The notes beneath the pieces are model-generated. The model was not told where the DNA came from. It searched no databases and was given only the letters and a program-made list of their open reading frames with translations. Position numbers and translations under genes: made by a program. Below, piece after piece: positions 8,773-18,897 of a stretch of 64,000 bases of DNA. This stretch comes from Candidatus Pelearchaeum maunauluense. Lineage in GTDB: Archaea > Thermoproteota > Nitrososphaeria_A > Caldarchaeales > Caldarchaeaceae. Within the stretch, counting starts at the first letter, position 1, and each line of letters begins with the position of its first letter. The DNA is taken from contig JANVYQ010000003.1 in NCBI GenBank assembly GCA_030059675.1, positions 138,822 through 202,821 on the forward strand. The letters run 5' to 3'.

Positions 8773-10143
8773 ATGAGGGTGAAGCTAGCCGCGACCATAG
8801 GGCCAGCCTCGGCGTCTGATGAGGTTGTGGAGAAGCTAATTTTAGAGGGCTGCCGTATCTTTAGGATAAACTTCAGCCATGGTAGCCCTGAGCTTTGGCG
8901 TGGCTGGGCTAGGAGAATCCGTGAGATAGCAGGTAGGTTGGGTATTGAGGTGGCGTTGCTCGGAGACCTTAAAGGCCCCTCTATAAGGCTTGGTGTTCTT
9001 CCGAAGCCGATACGCCTAACCGCGGGTGAGGAGGTGAGTTTTGCGAGAAACCCGCAGAATGAGCGTGAAATCCCGCTACCAGAGCAGCGTGTCTTCCAGC
9101 AACTAGCCGCTGGAGACATGATAGTAACCGACGACGGCTGCGCTCTGCTACAGGTTCTTGAAGTTAAGGAAGATAGTGCCCGCGTAAGGGCTCTTACCGA
9201 GCTTGTGCTCTCCTCCCGTAAATCCATAGTAATACGTGGGAAGGAATTCCCAGTAGAGGAGCTATCCAGCGAGGATGTTGAAGCCCTGAAAATAGCTGTT
9301 GAGGAGGATTTTGACCTGCTCGGCATGAGCTTCGTGAGTAGAGCACGCGACCTGACCCTCATGCGGGAGAAGATTAACGAGCTCGGCGGTGAGCTTGAGA
9401 TTATAGCCAAGATAGAGACCCCCTCTGCCGTCGCTAACATAAGCGAGATAGTAAATGCCGCAGACGCCGTGCTAATAGCGCGTGGAGACTTGGGAATGTA
9501 TTTCTCACTTGAGGAGGTTCCGAAGCTACAGAACAAGATAACACAGGCTAGTTTAGCTGTTGGGAAGCCTGTTATGGTTGCGACTCAGCTACTGGGCTCT
9601 ATGGTTAACGCGCCAGTTCCAACTAGGAGTGAGGTTGTTGATGTGGTGAATAGCGTTAGGGAGGGCGTTGATGTTCTATTATTAACGGGCGAGACTGCCG
9701 TAGGAAAGTATCCTGTTGAGGCTATACGGTGGCTTCGTAGGATTGTGGAGGGCTATGAAAGTGAGGTGGCTAGGCAGGAGTATAAGTTGGATAGTGTGCT
9801 GGGTGATAGGTTCGCGATGGGTGTTGTATCCCTTGCCGAAAGCCTAGACGCGACACTCGCGGTATATACAAAGTCTGGAAGCATGGCGCGTAGAATCTCA
9901 CGCTTCAGACCAAAAACACGCGTATATGCAGCTACTCCCTCAAAGAAGGCTCTACGCAAGCTAAACATTCTATGGGGAATACAGCCAATACCCGTTGATT
10001 CTCAGGAATACGGAGACGGACTTAACGAGCTTGAGGACAAGCTTGTTAAGCTGGGCTTAGTAAGTAAGGGCGAGACGCTGGTTCTTACGTATGGTCTTAT
10101 AGATGAGCCATTTCACATAGTTAAAATTATACAGATAGCATGA
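8773..10143 (+). CDS. pyk: Pyruvate kinase
   Basis: ATIGPAS, RINFSHG, DLKGP, IIAKIE, IARGDLG, ATQLL, PTRSEV, LTGETAVG. Confidence 0.95.
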   Translation: MRVKLAATIGPASASDEVVEKLILEGCRIFRINFSHGSPELWRGWARRIREIAGRLGIEVALLGDLKGPSIRLGVLPKPIRLTAGEEVSFARNPQNEREIPLPEQRVFQQLAAGDMIVTDDGCALLQVLEVKEDSARVRALTELVLSSRKSIVIRGKEFPVEELSSEDVEALKIAVEEDFDLLGMSFVSRARDLTLMREKINELGGELEIIAKIETPSAVANISEIVNAADAVLIARGDLGMYFSLEEVPKLQNKITQASLAVGKPVMVATQLLGSMVNAPVPTRSEVVDVVNSVREGVDVLLLTGETAVGKYPVEAIRWLRRIVEGYESEVARQEYKLDSVLGDRFAMGVVSLAESLDATLAVYTKSGSMARRISRFRPKTRVYAATPSKKALRKLNILWGIQPIPVDSQEYGDGLNELEDKLVKLGLVSKGETLVLTYGLIDEPFHIVKIIQIA

Positions 10144-10154
10144 GATGAATCTGG

Positions 10155-11608
10155 TTGGCTAGTCGAGCTGAGAGAAAAACTAGAGGGAGGCCATCGCGGG
10201 TATTAGCGGTATTAATCCTAGCTTAGCTCTTCGCATTCTCCTTCCTAATCTATCTAATAATCATTGGACCATCTGCTCAACGTTCAGAGATGTTTGTAAT
10301 AAGTGGGCCAATAATGGGCTTCAGCCCATACGTTGTGGAGTATGAGCTCCCCATACCTAACTCTGGGCCTATGGGTATAGTGGTTGATGATAGGGGAGTA
10401 GTGTGGGTAGCTGCTGCTAACGCTACTTCTCTCATAAGCTTTGACCCTGTGGAGAATGTTTTTAGACGCTATAAGATACCCATGAACCAGACTGGGACAA
10501 TAATTGGATGATTGACATAGACCCTAGCGGTAGGCTCTGGTTTCCCAGCACCTCTGATAATTCCGTCCGGAGCTTTGAGCCCAGAAGTGGAGAATTTACG
10601 CGCTATGAGCTTCCTTCACGCAACGCTTTTCCGCTACAACTGGATATAGATGACGCTGGGCGCGTGTGGGTTGCTGAGTTATCTAGCGGTAAGATAGCCG
10701 TGATAGAGCCTGAGGATGGCCTGATAAAGGAGTATACCTTACCCAAGCATGGTGAAGGCGCATTAACACCTGCGCCTGTCTCAATAGTGGTTGATAAGGA
10801 TGGCGTGGTTTTGGGTTTCTGAAAGAGCTTTAGGCAGATTGTTTAAGTTTTACCCAGATGAAAAACGGTTTGAAGAGATTCAGCTCCCAGAGACTATCTT
10901 CACGCCAGTGAGCTTGGGAATAGCGCCTGATGGCTCGTTGTGGTTTACGGATTTTGAAGAGCTTATGGGAAGCGTATTCATACAGTTTGACCCATCAAGC
11001 GGCCAGTTGAAGAGGTTCTCCACATATCCCAAGAATGGAAATCCATCGCTCCCGCTCTCACTCTCTATAGATGATGTTGGAAATGTTTGGATTCTGGAAC
11101 AGGCTGGGAATAGAATCGCAAAATTCAGCCCCCGCCTCAACACGCTGCTTGAGTACGAGCTTCCGAGAGGAAGATTAACCTCATCACTCAACATAATACA
11201 GTTCATAGTAGCGCGGGATGGACGCGTGTGGTTTACGGAGTACTCGGAGAATAAGATAGGGTTTATAGATGCCCTAAAGACTATCCCATTCAGCGTCTCA
11301 TTATCACAGAACTATGTGAAGACCAAGCCAGGAAGCGTGGTTAAGGTTGATGTGTTTATAATAGGCAAGCCGAAGACATCCGTACACTTCATGGTTTCTG
11401 GAACCCTCTCACCGTTGGGTAGGATAATAAATGCCACAACAAGCTTTTCCCCAGCGTCATAATAGAGAAATACACACAAATAACAACGCTCACCATAGCT
11501 CTCCACGATAACATTAAACCAGGAAACTACACCCTAACAGTAGGAGCATCAGACGGGCAAGTCATTAGCTCGGCTATACTATACCTAGAAATAAAGAACC
11601 GGAGCTGA
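10155..11608 (+). pseudogene. Membrane-anchored Vgb (virginiamycin B lyase)-like beta-propeller with C-terminal Ig-like domain, disrupted
   Basis: Repeated DxxGxxWF blades across ORFs 10290-10511, 10508-10822, 10791-11462 and a tail to TGA 11608; in-frame TAG 10224-10226; frameshifts near 10505, 10810 and 11450. Confidence 0.8.
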
Positions 11609-11612
11609 ACGA

Positions 11613-11684
11613 AGCCCCGGGCGGGATTTGAACCCGCGGCCGCCGGCTTACGAGGCCGGCGCTCTACCGCTAAGCTACCGGGGC
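11613..11684 (-). tRNA. tRNA-Thr(CGT)
   Basis: Cloverleaf with anticodon arm CCGGC-CTCGTAA-GCCGG. Confidence 0.95.
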
Positions 11685-11764
11685 TGCTGCACAACTATGG
11701 TAATGGGGATATAATAGAGTTTTGCCTCACAAACATAAATTCCGCTTCACTGTTATCAGGTTGT

Positions 11765-12940
11765 ATGAGTGAAGAGCTCCCCGCTGTGGGGGAAATTCTC
11801 ATCCGCGAGTTTGAGAGCATTAATGTGGACGATACTCTTACTAAGGTTGCTGGGATTTTCTCGGAGAAGGATACGCCTATAGTCGTGGTTCTTGACGGTA
11901 GCAGTGAAGGGCGTGTTTATGGGATTTTGACGGAGAGGATACTGTTACGTCCGCATATAAACATGGCGGAAGCTAAGGCCAAGTCATTCGCGATAAAAGC
12001 GCCTAAGCTTACGTCATCCTCAAGCATAACTGAAGCGGCGCGCCTAATGCTTGAGAACAACCTAAAAGCGCTACCAGTAATGGAGGATGGAAAACCAATA
12101 GGCATAGTTACTGTGGATAAGATAGCAGAAGCAGCTCGGTCTGTTCTCCAGAAGACTCTGGTGAGAGATGTTATGACGAAGAACCCTGTTACCGTGAAGG
12201 CTAACGATACTATAGGTAAGGCTATATCGTTGATGCGTGAGATGGGTATATCGCGCCTGCCTGTTGTTGAGCGGGGAGCGCTCCGCGGCATAGTAACTGT
12301 TCATGATATAGTTGAGAAGGTTATCAAGCCCCGCGAGCGTGCCACCAGAGGGGAGACTGTAGGCGAGAAGGCCAGAACTCTAAGCAACAAGGTCTCGGAG
12401 ATAATGTCAAAGCCTGTCATAACAGCGTCGCCGCGCGAGCCTGTTATAAAAGCGCTGCAAAAGATGAGCCGCAACGACGTCTCCTGTCTTGTCGTAGTTG
12501 ATAACGGCTCCGTGGAGGGAATAATAACAATGATGGATGTGCTTGAGCCGATAGCGCGGCTAGCAACAAGACAGGAGCAGGGAATATCCATACAAGTATC
12601 ATACAAGATGGAGCATGTAGATTTTGATGATAAAGACAGGGTTATGGCTATAGCGGAGCGTTTCGTCAAGCGCTTTAACGAGTCGCTGGGAAATGGTTTC
12701 CTAACGCTATACTTCAAGGAGCATAAGGAGAAGCATGGTGATATGCATCTAATACACTGTAGAGCACGTCTTAAGACGGATAAGTATCAATTTGTTGGAA
12801 CTGGAGAAGCCTGGCGCGCAGACTTTGCTGCGAGATCTGCTTTGGAGCGTATAGAGAGGCAGTTCCTACTCTCGCGCAAGCTTGCCTCAAAATACCCATA
12901 CGCTGACGAGCTGCTGGAGCGGCTGGCAGAATCATACTAG
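11765..12940 (+). CDS. Four-CBS-domain protein with C-terminal HPF/RaiA-like domain (archaeal ribosome hibernation factor-like)
   Basis: Four CBS repeats (LPVVE.G.L.GIVT); C-terminal beta-alpha domain LIHCRARLKT...GTGEAW...ALERIERQ. Confidence 0.7.
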   Translation: MSEELPAVGEILIREFESINVDDTLTKVAGIFSEKDTPIVVVLDGSSEGRVYGILTERILLRPHINMAEAKAKSFAIKAPKLTSSSSITEAARLMLENNLKALPVMEDGKPIGIVTVDKIAEAARSVLQKTLVRDVMTKNPVTVKANDTIGKAISLMREMGISRLPVVERGALRGIVTVHDIVEKVIKPRERATRGETVGEKARTLSNKVSEIMSKPVITASPREPVIKALQKMSRNDVSCLVVVDNGSVEGIITMMDVLEPIARLATRQEQGISIQVSYKMEHVDFDDKDRVMAIAERFVKRFNESLGNGFLTLYFKEHKEKHGDMHLIHCRARLKTDKYQFVGTGEAWRADFAARSALERIERQFLLSRKLASKYPYADELLERLAESY

Positions 12941-13110
12941 TCGCTAGACTCCCTAGATAATCTCTCATACTCCTCAACGCTCATTTCAATTATGAAAGGC
13001 CCAACATAGCCGCAGCCGCCGCACCTATACAGCATACCCAGAAAACCGCCCAGATGAAGGCTTAGATTCACGCCCTTACACTGGGGGCATACCTGAAGCT
13101 TACCACCCAT
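12937..13110 (-). CDS. Small zinc-ribbon protein
   Basis: MGGKLQVCPQCK...YRCGGCGYVGP; the longer ORF-track version runs through a tRNA and is spurious. Confidence 0.75.
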   Translation of the reverse strand: MGGKLQVCPQCKGVNLSLHLGGFLGMLYRCGGCGYVGPFIIEMSVEEYERLSRESSD

Positions 13111-13156
13111 CCAACAACCCACAAACACGACTCCTGATATATAGTTTATTGATACG

Positions 13157-13277
13157 CGGGCCCGGTGGGACTTGAACCCACGACCTCCGGCTGTCTTCCC
13201 ACCTTTTTCTCTGCCTAGGAGGCCCGAAGGCTTGCGCATGCCCTTCGGCGCCCTCGTCCATTCTAGGCTACGGGCCC
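13157..13277 (-). tRNA. tRNA-Arg(CCT) with two introns (about 13224-13245 in the anticodon stem; 13193-13215 at 37/38)
   Basis: Removing both inserts gives CCGGC-CTCCTAA-GCCGG, matching the arm of tRNA-Arg(TCT) at 18250. Confidence 0.85.
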
Positions 13278-13383
13278 CTTGGTTTCTATCTAGAACGAGC
13301 ATAAAAGCATATGATATGAAGGTGTTACGTGGGCATATCGCTGATAGTTCTCCCAGTGTCTTCGGCCAGCAAGCCTTTTAGAG

Positions 13384-13953
13384 GTGTGTATAGCGTTTTG
13401 CCGTGTGCTTAATAAGCGTGGGAGGAGTCTGGAGAGGCGTCTTGACGAGGTTGTAGCCCAGCTCAAGATACATAACGATAAACTAAGTGCGCGCACAAGC
13501 TACATGTCATCGCGAGCGCGCAGCCTGTTTGAGCTCTCGCTAAGAGCCAAGGAAGAAAAGGATGAAGAACGCGCCATGCTCTACGCGAAGGAGCTCAGCG
13601 AGCTTAAACGCGTGCTATACACCATGCTAAGAAGCCAGGCATCACTGGAGGGAATAATCCTACATCTAGAAACCGTGAGGGACCTCAATTCTGTCAGGAA
13701 ATCCGTGAAACCAATACATGAAGTTCTGAGCCGGGTTCAGGAAGACGTTAAGGGAGCGGTTCCAGAAGTTGCCCACGAGCTCCTAAAAACACACTTGATA
13801 CTTGATGATATTATGATTGAGATAGGCGTCTCATCAGACAGTAGCTACTCATACACCGCCGTTGATCACGATGCACAAGAAATACTCAATAAAGCCAGCG
13901 AAATAGCTGCGCAGCGCATGAAGAAGATTATGCCAAATGTTTCAAACGAGTAA
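13384..13953 (+). CDS. cdvB: ESCRT-III/CdvB paralogue (Snf7 fold)
   Basis: LFE....A....D.ERA.LYAKELSELK...LE...L.LETV pattern; no C-terminal wH domain. Confidence 0.75.
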   Translation: MCIAFCRVLNKRGRSLERRLDEVVAQLKIHNDKLSARTSYMSSRARSLFELSLRAKEEKDEERAMLYAKELSELKRVLYTMLRSQASLEGIILHLETVRDLNSVRKSVKPIHEVLSRVQEDVKGAVPEVAHELLKTHLILDDIMIEIGVSSDSSYSYTAVDHDAQEILNKASEIAAQRMKKIMPNVSNE

Positions 13954-13990
13954 AAATAATGTTTAATAAAACGACCTACCATACATAATT

Positions 13991-14464
13991 ATGAGAGGAA
14001 AAATGTCCTTCTCGTCTTTTAAGAAGATTCTAGTTCCTGTTGATGGTTCTGAGTTTTCTGGAAAGGCTGTCCGTGTAGCTGTTGAGCTTGCTAAGCGATA
14101 TGATGGAAGTATCACGCTTCTCCACGTGATTAGCGCTCCCAGCTCTTATCTGGTAGCAGTCCCAGCAGCGGGTGCTACCGTGGAGTTTGTCGAGGAATAC
14201 TATGCTCAAGCAAAGAAGAGAGCCGAGGAGTGGATGGGTAAGTATGTGGCTGAGCTGGAGTCGCTGGGGGTAAAAGCCAGTAGCGTGGTGTTGGAAGGAG
14301 CTTCTTCAGTTGTAGAAGCAATAACAAACTACGCTGAGAACGAGAAGTTCGACCTAATAATTATTGGAACCAGGGGGCTCAGTGGGTTTAAACGCCTCCT
14401 AGTTGGGAGTGTTGCAAGCGGAGTAGTAAGCCACGCGCGCTGCTCCGTCCTGGTGGTAAAATAA
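13991..14464 (+). CDS. uspA: Universal stress protein
   Basis: KKILVPVDGSEFS, DLIIIGTRG, LLVGSVASGVV, CSVLVVK. Confidence 0.92.
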   Translation: MRGKMSFSSFKKILVPVDGSEFSGKAVRVAVELAKRYDGSITLLHVISAPSSYLVAVPAAGATVEFVEEYYAQAKKRAEEWMGKYVAELESLGVKASSVVLEGASSVVEAITNYAENEKFDLIIIGTRGLSGFKRLLVGSVASGVVSHARCSVLVVK

Positions 14465-14543
14465 ACCAGCAATAATCCCCTCTCCTTATTTTTGATGAAG
14501 TAAAACTAGGACTTAAATATGTGCTAAAAGCACTTATAAAGCG

Positions 14544-17522
14544 TTGAGCAAAAACATCACCAAAGCCAGCATGGAAGAGTGGGTAAGTAAGGGTTTTGAG
14601 CTGGGCTCAAAGCAGAGGCTATCAAGCCCCCGCGAAATTGAAGTTAAATGGCTTAATAAGTGGAAAGCCGCCGCCATATTTCAAGCAGAACCACAGAAAG
14701 ACAAGCCAAAATTCTTCATATGCGTCCCGTACTCGTATCAGAATGGTCCTCTTCATCTAGGTCATGGATTCACATTCACGCGCGGTGATGTGATAGCGCG
14801 CTTTAAGCGGATGCAAGGCTATAATGTCCTATTCCCCTGGTCATGGCACTGGACAGGAGAAGCAGTAGCAGGGACGAGTGAGCGCCTTAAGAGAGGCGAC
14901 GAGTCAGTAATCAAGATGCTTAAAGAGATTGACGGCGTGCCAGAGGAGCTCATACCATTCTTCCAAGAACCCGCCTTCATCTGCTCATACTACACAGCGG
15001 AAAACCGCCAGGTAGTAGATTTGATGGGATGGTCTGTTGATTGGCGGCGGGAATTCTACACAACAGACCTCCACCCATACTATAGTAGGTTCATAACATG
15101 GCAGTATGAGGTGCTTAGGCGTAATGGGTATGTGATTAAGGGTAAGCATCCCGTCGTCTGGTGTCCATCATGCCAGAGCGCGACGGGAGACCATGACCGC
15201 CTCTCGGGAGAGGGCGTATTTCCCGAAGAATTCACGCTAGTCTTCTTTGATGCGGGGGATTTCAGACTGGCCGCAGCCACGTTAAGGCCTGAGACGATAT
15301 TCGGCGCTACTAACGTATGGATAAACCCTGAAGCGAAATACGTGGTTGTTAGATGGGATGGGAAGAAGGTTCTCATAAGCGATAAAGCCTACGAGAAGCT
15401 ACGCGAGCAGAAGGGTGAAATCTCGCCAGTGGAGGAGTTGGAGGGGAGGAAGCTAATCGGAGCTAAGTGCAGGGTCCCGCTAACGGGTGCTGAGATACTC
15501 ATACTCCCAGCCAGCTTCGTCGACCCAGCTATAGGAAGTGGCGTGGTGTATAGCGTCCCCGCACACGCTCCATACGACTACGCCGCCCTCCGCGACCTCT
15601 GGAGAGCACCAGAGGGTCTGGCCCCCTATGGAATAGACGCCAAAGCCATCAGAGCTATAAAGCCCATCGCGATAATCGAGACTCCAGGCTTCGGCGAACT
15701 GCCAGCGGTAGAGGTTGTGGAGAAGCTGGGAATAATAGACCAGCGCGACGAGAAGCTGGGAGAAGCAACTAAAGAGGTGTATTCAAGAGAGTTTCACAGC
15801 GGAGTCTTGAAGGAGAACTGCGGCGATTACAAAGGGATGAGAGTAAGCGAGGCACGTGAAGCAGTGCGCCAGAAGCTAATTAACATGGGAGAAGGCGACA
15901 CGATGTATGACCTACCTGAAAAAGTAGTGTGCAGGTCTGGGGATGAATGTATAGTCAAGATAGTGGAAGACCAGTGGTTCTTAAACTACTCGCGCGGGGA
16001 CTGGAAGGAGAGGGTCAGGAAAATAATAAAGGAAATGAACATATATCCAGAGGAGGCGCGGCAGTGGTTTCTAAACGTTGTCGACTGGCTACGCGACTGG
16101 GCATGCACTCGTAAAACTGGGCTTGGAACACCACTCCCCTGGGATAGGTCTTGGATAGTGGAGACGTTGAGCGACTCAACTATATACCCAGCGCTATACA
16201 CGATTAGCAAATACCTGAATAACGATCCAGTCTTACAAAGCAAGGTTAGTACCGAGATTTTGGATTATGTCTTTCTGGGTAGAGGGTCGGCGGAGGAGCT
16301 GGCGAGGAAGAGTGGGATTGACGCTGGGGTATTGAGAGCTATGCGCGACGAGTTTCTATACTGGTATCCAGTTGATATGCGCATATCAGCCAAAGAACTG
16401 GTCCCCAACCACCTAACATTCTATCTATTCCACCACTCAGCCATATTTGACGAGGAAAGATGGCCGCGGGGAATTGGCGTTAATGGCATGATCAGCATAG
16501 AAGGAATGAAGATGTCAAAGAGTAAGGGAAACATCATCCCCCTCAAGGTTGCGGTGGCAAGACATGGCGCGGACGTAACGCGATGCACGCTCCTATTGGG
16601 CGCTGAGGACTTGGATGACCCAGACTGGTGGGAGAAGAATGCTATTGAGATTGGTAAAGATTTGCATAATATTCTCTCACTTATGAGGGAGTCGGCCAAC
16701 GCTCCGCGCGAAGCTCTAGACGCGGATTCATGGCTTCTCTCACGCCTCCAACTAAGGATAGCACGCATAACCCGGGCTTTAGAGAAACTAAAGACACGAA
16801 CGGCATGCAACGAGGTAATCTACGGCATGCTTAATGACTTTAGATGGTATATGCGGCGTAATGGGGGACGCTTAGGCTCGGCCGCTAGAGTATATGCTGA
16901 GACTTGGGCAAGGCTCCTAGCACCCTTCGCACCCTACACTGCGGAGGAGGGATGGAGCATACTAGGCGGGGAGGGATACGTCTCCCTAGCAGAGTGGCCC
17001 AAATACAGACCAGAGAACATAGACATACAGAAGCTACTGAAGGAGGAAATTATACGCGACCTGCGTGATGATATTTATGAGATAATAAAGGTTACGGAGA
17101 AGAAGCCCAGCAAGATAACGCTGTACGTTGCCGCTGAGTGGAAGAATAGGCTCGCGGCGTTGGTGATAGACGGTGATGGGATAAACCAGAGGAATAGGGG
17201 TCAGATTATCAAGAAGGCCGTCGTGGAAATCCCTGAAAGGAAGGGGGAAATTCCCACATTAGTGCCCAAGCTTGCCGACGTGCTGAGAAGAGTTCAGGAA
17301 TACTCAAACCAGATATGCAAAGAGATTGAAGTGGAATCCGATTCTAAATATATCTCAGCACTCCTACGCGAAGAACGCTCAATATGCATGGACGTTGCAG
17401 TACTGCTTGAGAATGAGCTTGGGGCTAAGACTATTGTAATACCTGAGGAGGAGGCGCGGGAAGACCCCATGGGCAAGGCTCGTAACGCTCTGCCATTCAG
17501 GCCTGGAATATATGTTGAGTGA
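14544..17522 (+). CDS. leuS: Leucyl-tRNA synthetase (archaeal type)
   Basis: PYSYQNGPLHLGH, ATLRPET, GSGVVYSVPAHAP, KMSKSKGN. Confidence 0.96.
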   Translation: MSKNITKASMEEWVSKGFELGSKQRLSSPREIEVKWLNKWKAAAIFQAEPQKDKPKFFICVPYSYQNGPLHLGHGFTFTRGDVIARFKRMQGYNVLFPWSWHWTGEAVAGTSERLKRGDESVIKMLKEIDGVPEELIPFFQEPAFICSYYTAENRQVVDLMGWSVDWRREFYTTDLHPYYSRFITWQYEVLRRNGYVIKGKHPVVWCPSCQSATGDHDRLSGEGVFPEEFTLVFFDAGDFRLAAATLRPETIFGATNVWINPEAKYVVVRWDGKKVLISDKAYEKLREQKGEISPVEELEGRKLIGAKCRVPLTGAEILILPASFVDPAIGSGVVYSVPAHAPYDYAALRDLWRAPEGLAPYGIDAKAIRAIKPIAIIETPGFGELPAVEVVEKLGIIDQRDEKLGEATKEVYSREFHSGVLKENCGDYKGMRVSEAREAVRQKLINMGEGDTMYDLPEKVVCRSGDECIVKIVEDQWFLNYSRGDWKERVRKIIKEMNIYPEEARQWFLNVVDWLRDWACTRKTGLGTPLPWDRSWIVETLSDSTIYPALYTISKYLNNDPVLQSKVSTEILDYVFLGRGSAEELARKSGIDAGVLRAMRDEFLYWYPVDMRISAKELVPNHLTFYLFHHSAIFDEERWPRGIGVNGMISIEGMKMSKSKGNIIPLKVAVARHGADVTRCTLLLGAEDLDDPDWWEKNAIEIGKDLHNILSLMRESANAPREALDADSWLLSRLQLRIARITRALEKLKTRTACNEVIYGMLNDFRWYMRRNGGRLGSAARVYAETWARLLAPFAPYTAEEGWSILGGEGYVSLAEWPKYRPENIDIQKLLKEEIIRDLRDDIYEIIKVTEKKPSKITLYVAAEWKNRLAALVIDGDGINQRNRGQIIKKAVVEIPERKGEIPTLVPKLADVLRRVQEYSNQICKEIEVESDSKYISALLREERSICMDVAVLLENELGAKTIVIPEEEAREDPMGKARNALPFRPGIYVE

Positions 17523-18168
17523 TGAGCGGCTTAAAGCTCTGCGTGAGGCCGCTCAAGACCTCCTATACCTCATGGACAGGGGATACCGAAAAGAATACGC
17601 GATAAGATTCGTCTCAGACCACTACAGGCTACAACGATGGGAGAGGAACGTGCTCAATCGGGTAATCCACCCGACTAAATACTCGGCTGAAGCGCGAGCG
17701 AAGCTACTCCAGCCTAGTGATATTGAGGGGAAAACAATAAGCATAGACGGCTACAACGTTCTCAACACGGTTATAGCTGGAAAAAGAGGCTTACCACTCT
17801 TCGAATCAACCGATGGAATAATAAGAGACATCTCAGAGATTCACGCATCCTTCAAGCTCACAGACGAAACTCTGAAAACCGCGCTTGAGGTAATCGAAGA
17901 AACCCTACAACTAAAGCCCAAGGACATACAGATTTACCTGGATGCGCAGATAAGTAAGAGCGGCATACTGGCTAAGAAACTCAGAGAACAAGGCGCTGAA
18001 GTAATCCTAACAAAACATGCTGATAAAACAATACTGGCAGATACAAACATAATAGCAACCAGTGACTCAATAATCATAGAACAAAAATCAAAGATATTCG
18101 ACCTGGCGGGACATATATGCAGAAAAAGAAGCCACAAAATAGTCAAGCTCCTAGAATATCATGATTAA
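17512..18168 (+). CDS. DUF434-domain protein (PIN/NYN-like)
   Basis: DLLYLMDRGY, FVSDHY, IDGYNVL, DGIIRD, ATSDS. Confidence 0.8.
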   Translation: MLSDERLKALREAAQDLLYLMDRGYRKEYAIRFVSDHYRLQRWERNVLNRVIHPTKYSAEARAKLLQPSDIEGKTISIDGYNVLNTVIAGKRGLPLFESTDGIIRDISEIHASFKLTDETLKTALEVIEETLQLKPKDIQIYLDAQISKSGILAKKLREQGAEVILTKHADKTILADTNIIATSDSIIIEQKSKIFDLAGHICRKRSHKIVKLLEYHD

Positions 18169-18249
18169 CATTTAAAACATGCTCTCAACAAACTGTTCTA
18201 ACAATATAATACGAAGCATAATCTCAATACTGTGCAGCGCACCGGGGTT

Positions 18250-18324
18250 GGGCCCGTAGCGCAGGATGGACAGCGCACCGGCCTTCTAAGCCGGGGGTCG
18301 GGAGTTCAAGTCTCCCCGGGCCCG
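18250..18324 (+). tRNA. tRNA-Arg(TCT)
   Basis: Cloverleaf with CCGGC-CTTCTAA-GCCGG. Confidence 0.95.
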
Positions 18325-18370
18325 CGGGAGAATTTTTATTATTTTATTTTTTGTTGACAGTTGTTATGTT

Positions 18371-18880
18371 GTGGTTTTCCATGGCTGTGGTGGGGTTGTT
18401 TTGAGGGTTATTTTTCTCGCGTTTGTTGCTGGTTTGGTGTTGGGGTTGTTTGTGGGTTATGTTTTTCTTGATGAGGAGGCTCGTGAGGGTTTTGGAGGCG
18501 GTGAATATGGGTTTGTCATGGTTGGTGATGTTTTAGTTCGTGTTGAGATTGCTGACACTCCTGAAGAGCGTATTAGGGGGTTGTCTGGTCGGGAGTCGCT
18601 TAAACCTGGCTGGGGTATGCTCTTCATCTTCCCGCAAGAGGGAATCTATTCCTTCTGGATGTATGGTATGCGCTTCTCCCTCGACATAATATGGATTGAC
18701 GAAGATGGGTATGTGGTGTATGTTGTTGAGAAAGCCCCACCCTGCAAAGAGGATGGGGAATGCCCCAGCTACACGCCTGATGAAGAGGCGTTGTATGTCT
18801 TGGAAGTCGCGGCGGGCTTCGTGGAGGATAACAACGTAAGGGAGGGACAGAGAATAAGAATATTCCTGCCAGCGGTATAG
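18371..18880 (+). CDS. DUF192-domain membrane-anchored protein
   Basis: VEIADTPEERIRGL, GMLFIF, FWMYGMRFSLDIIWID, YVLEV. Confidence 0.88.
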   Translation: MVFHGCGGVVLRVIFLAFVAGLVLGLFVGYVFLDEEAREGFGGGEYGFVMVGDVLVRVEIADTPEERIRGLSGRESLKPGWGMLFIFPQEGIYSFWMYGMRFSLDIIWIDEDGYVVYVVEKAPPCKEDGECPSYTPDEEALYVLEVAAGFVEDNNVREGQRIRIFLPAV

Positions 18881-18897
18881 AGGTTGCGTAAATATAT

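Noticed and set aside
8394-9536. Long antisense ORFs (also 21860-22804, 42607-43521, 47260-47883)
   Set aside because: Shadows of well-supported genes on the opposite strand; Ser/Arg-rich, with no recognisable motifs
4211-10226. Two in-frame TAG codons (4211-4213 and 10224-10226) suggesting amber recoding or pyrrolysine
   Set aside because: Both lie in genes that are also truncated or frameshifted; TAG ends many intact genes here (e.g. acyP, DUF424, eif6); no pyl genes seen
13111-13302. N-terminal extension of ORF 12937-13302
   Set aside because: It is a translation of the intron-containing tRNA-Arg; the real gene starts at 13110
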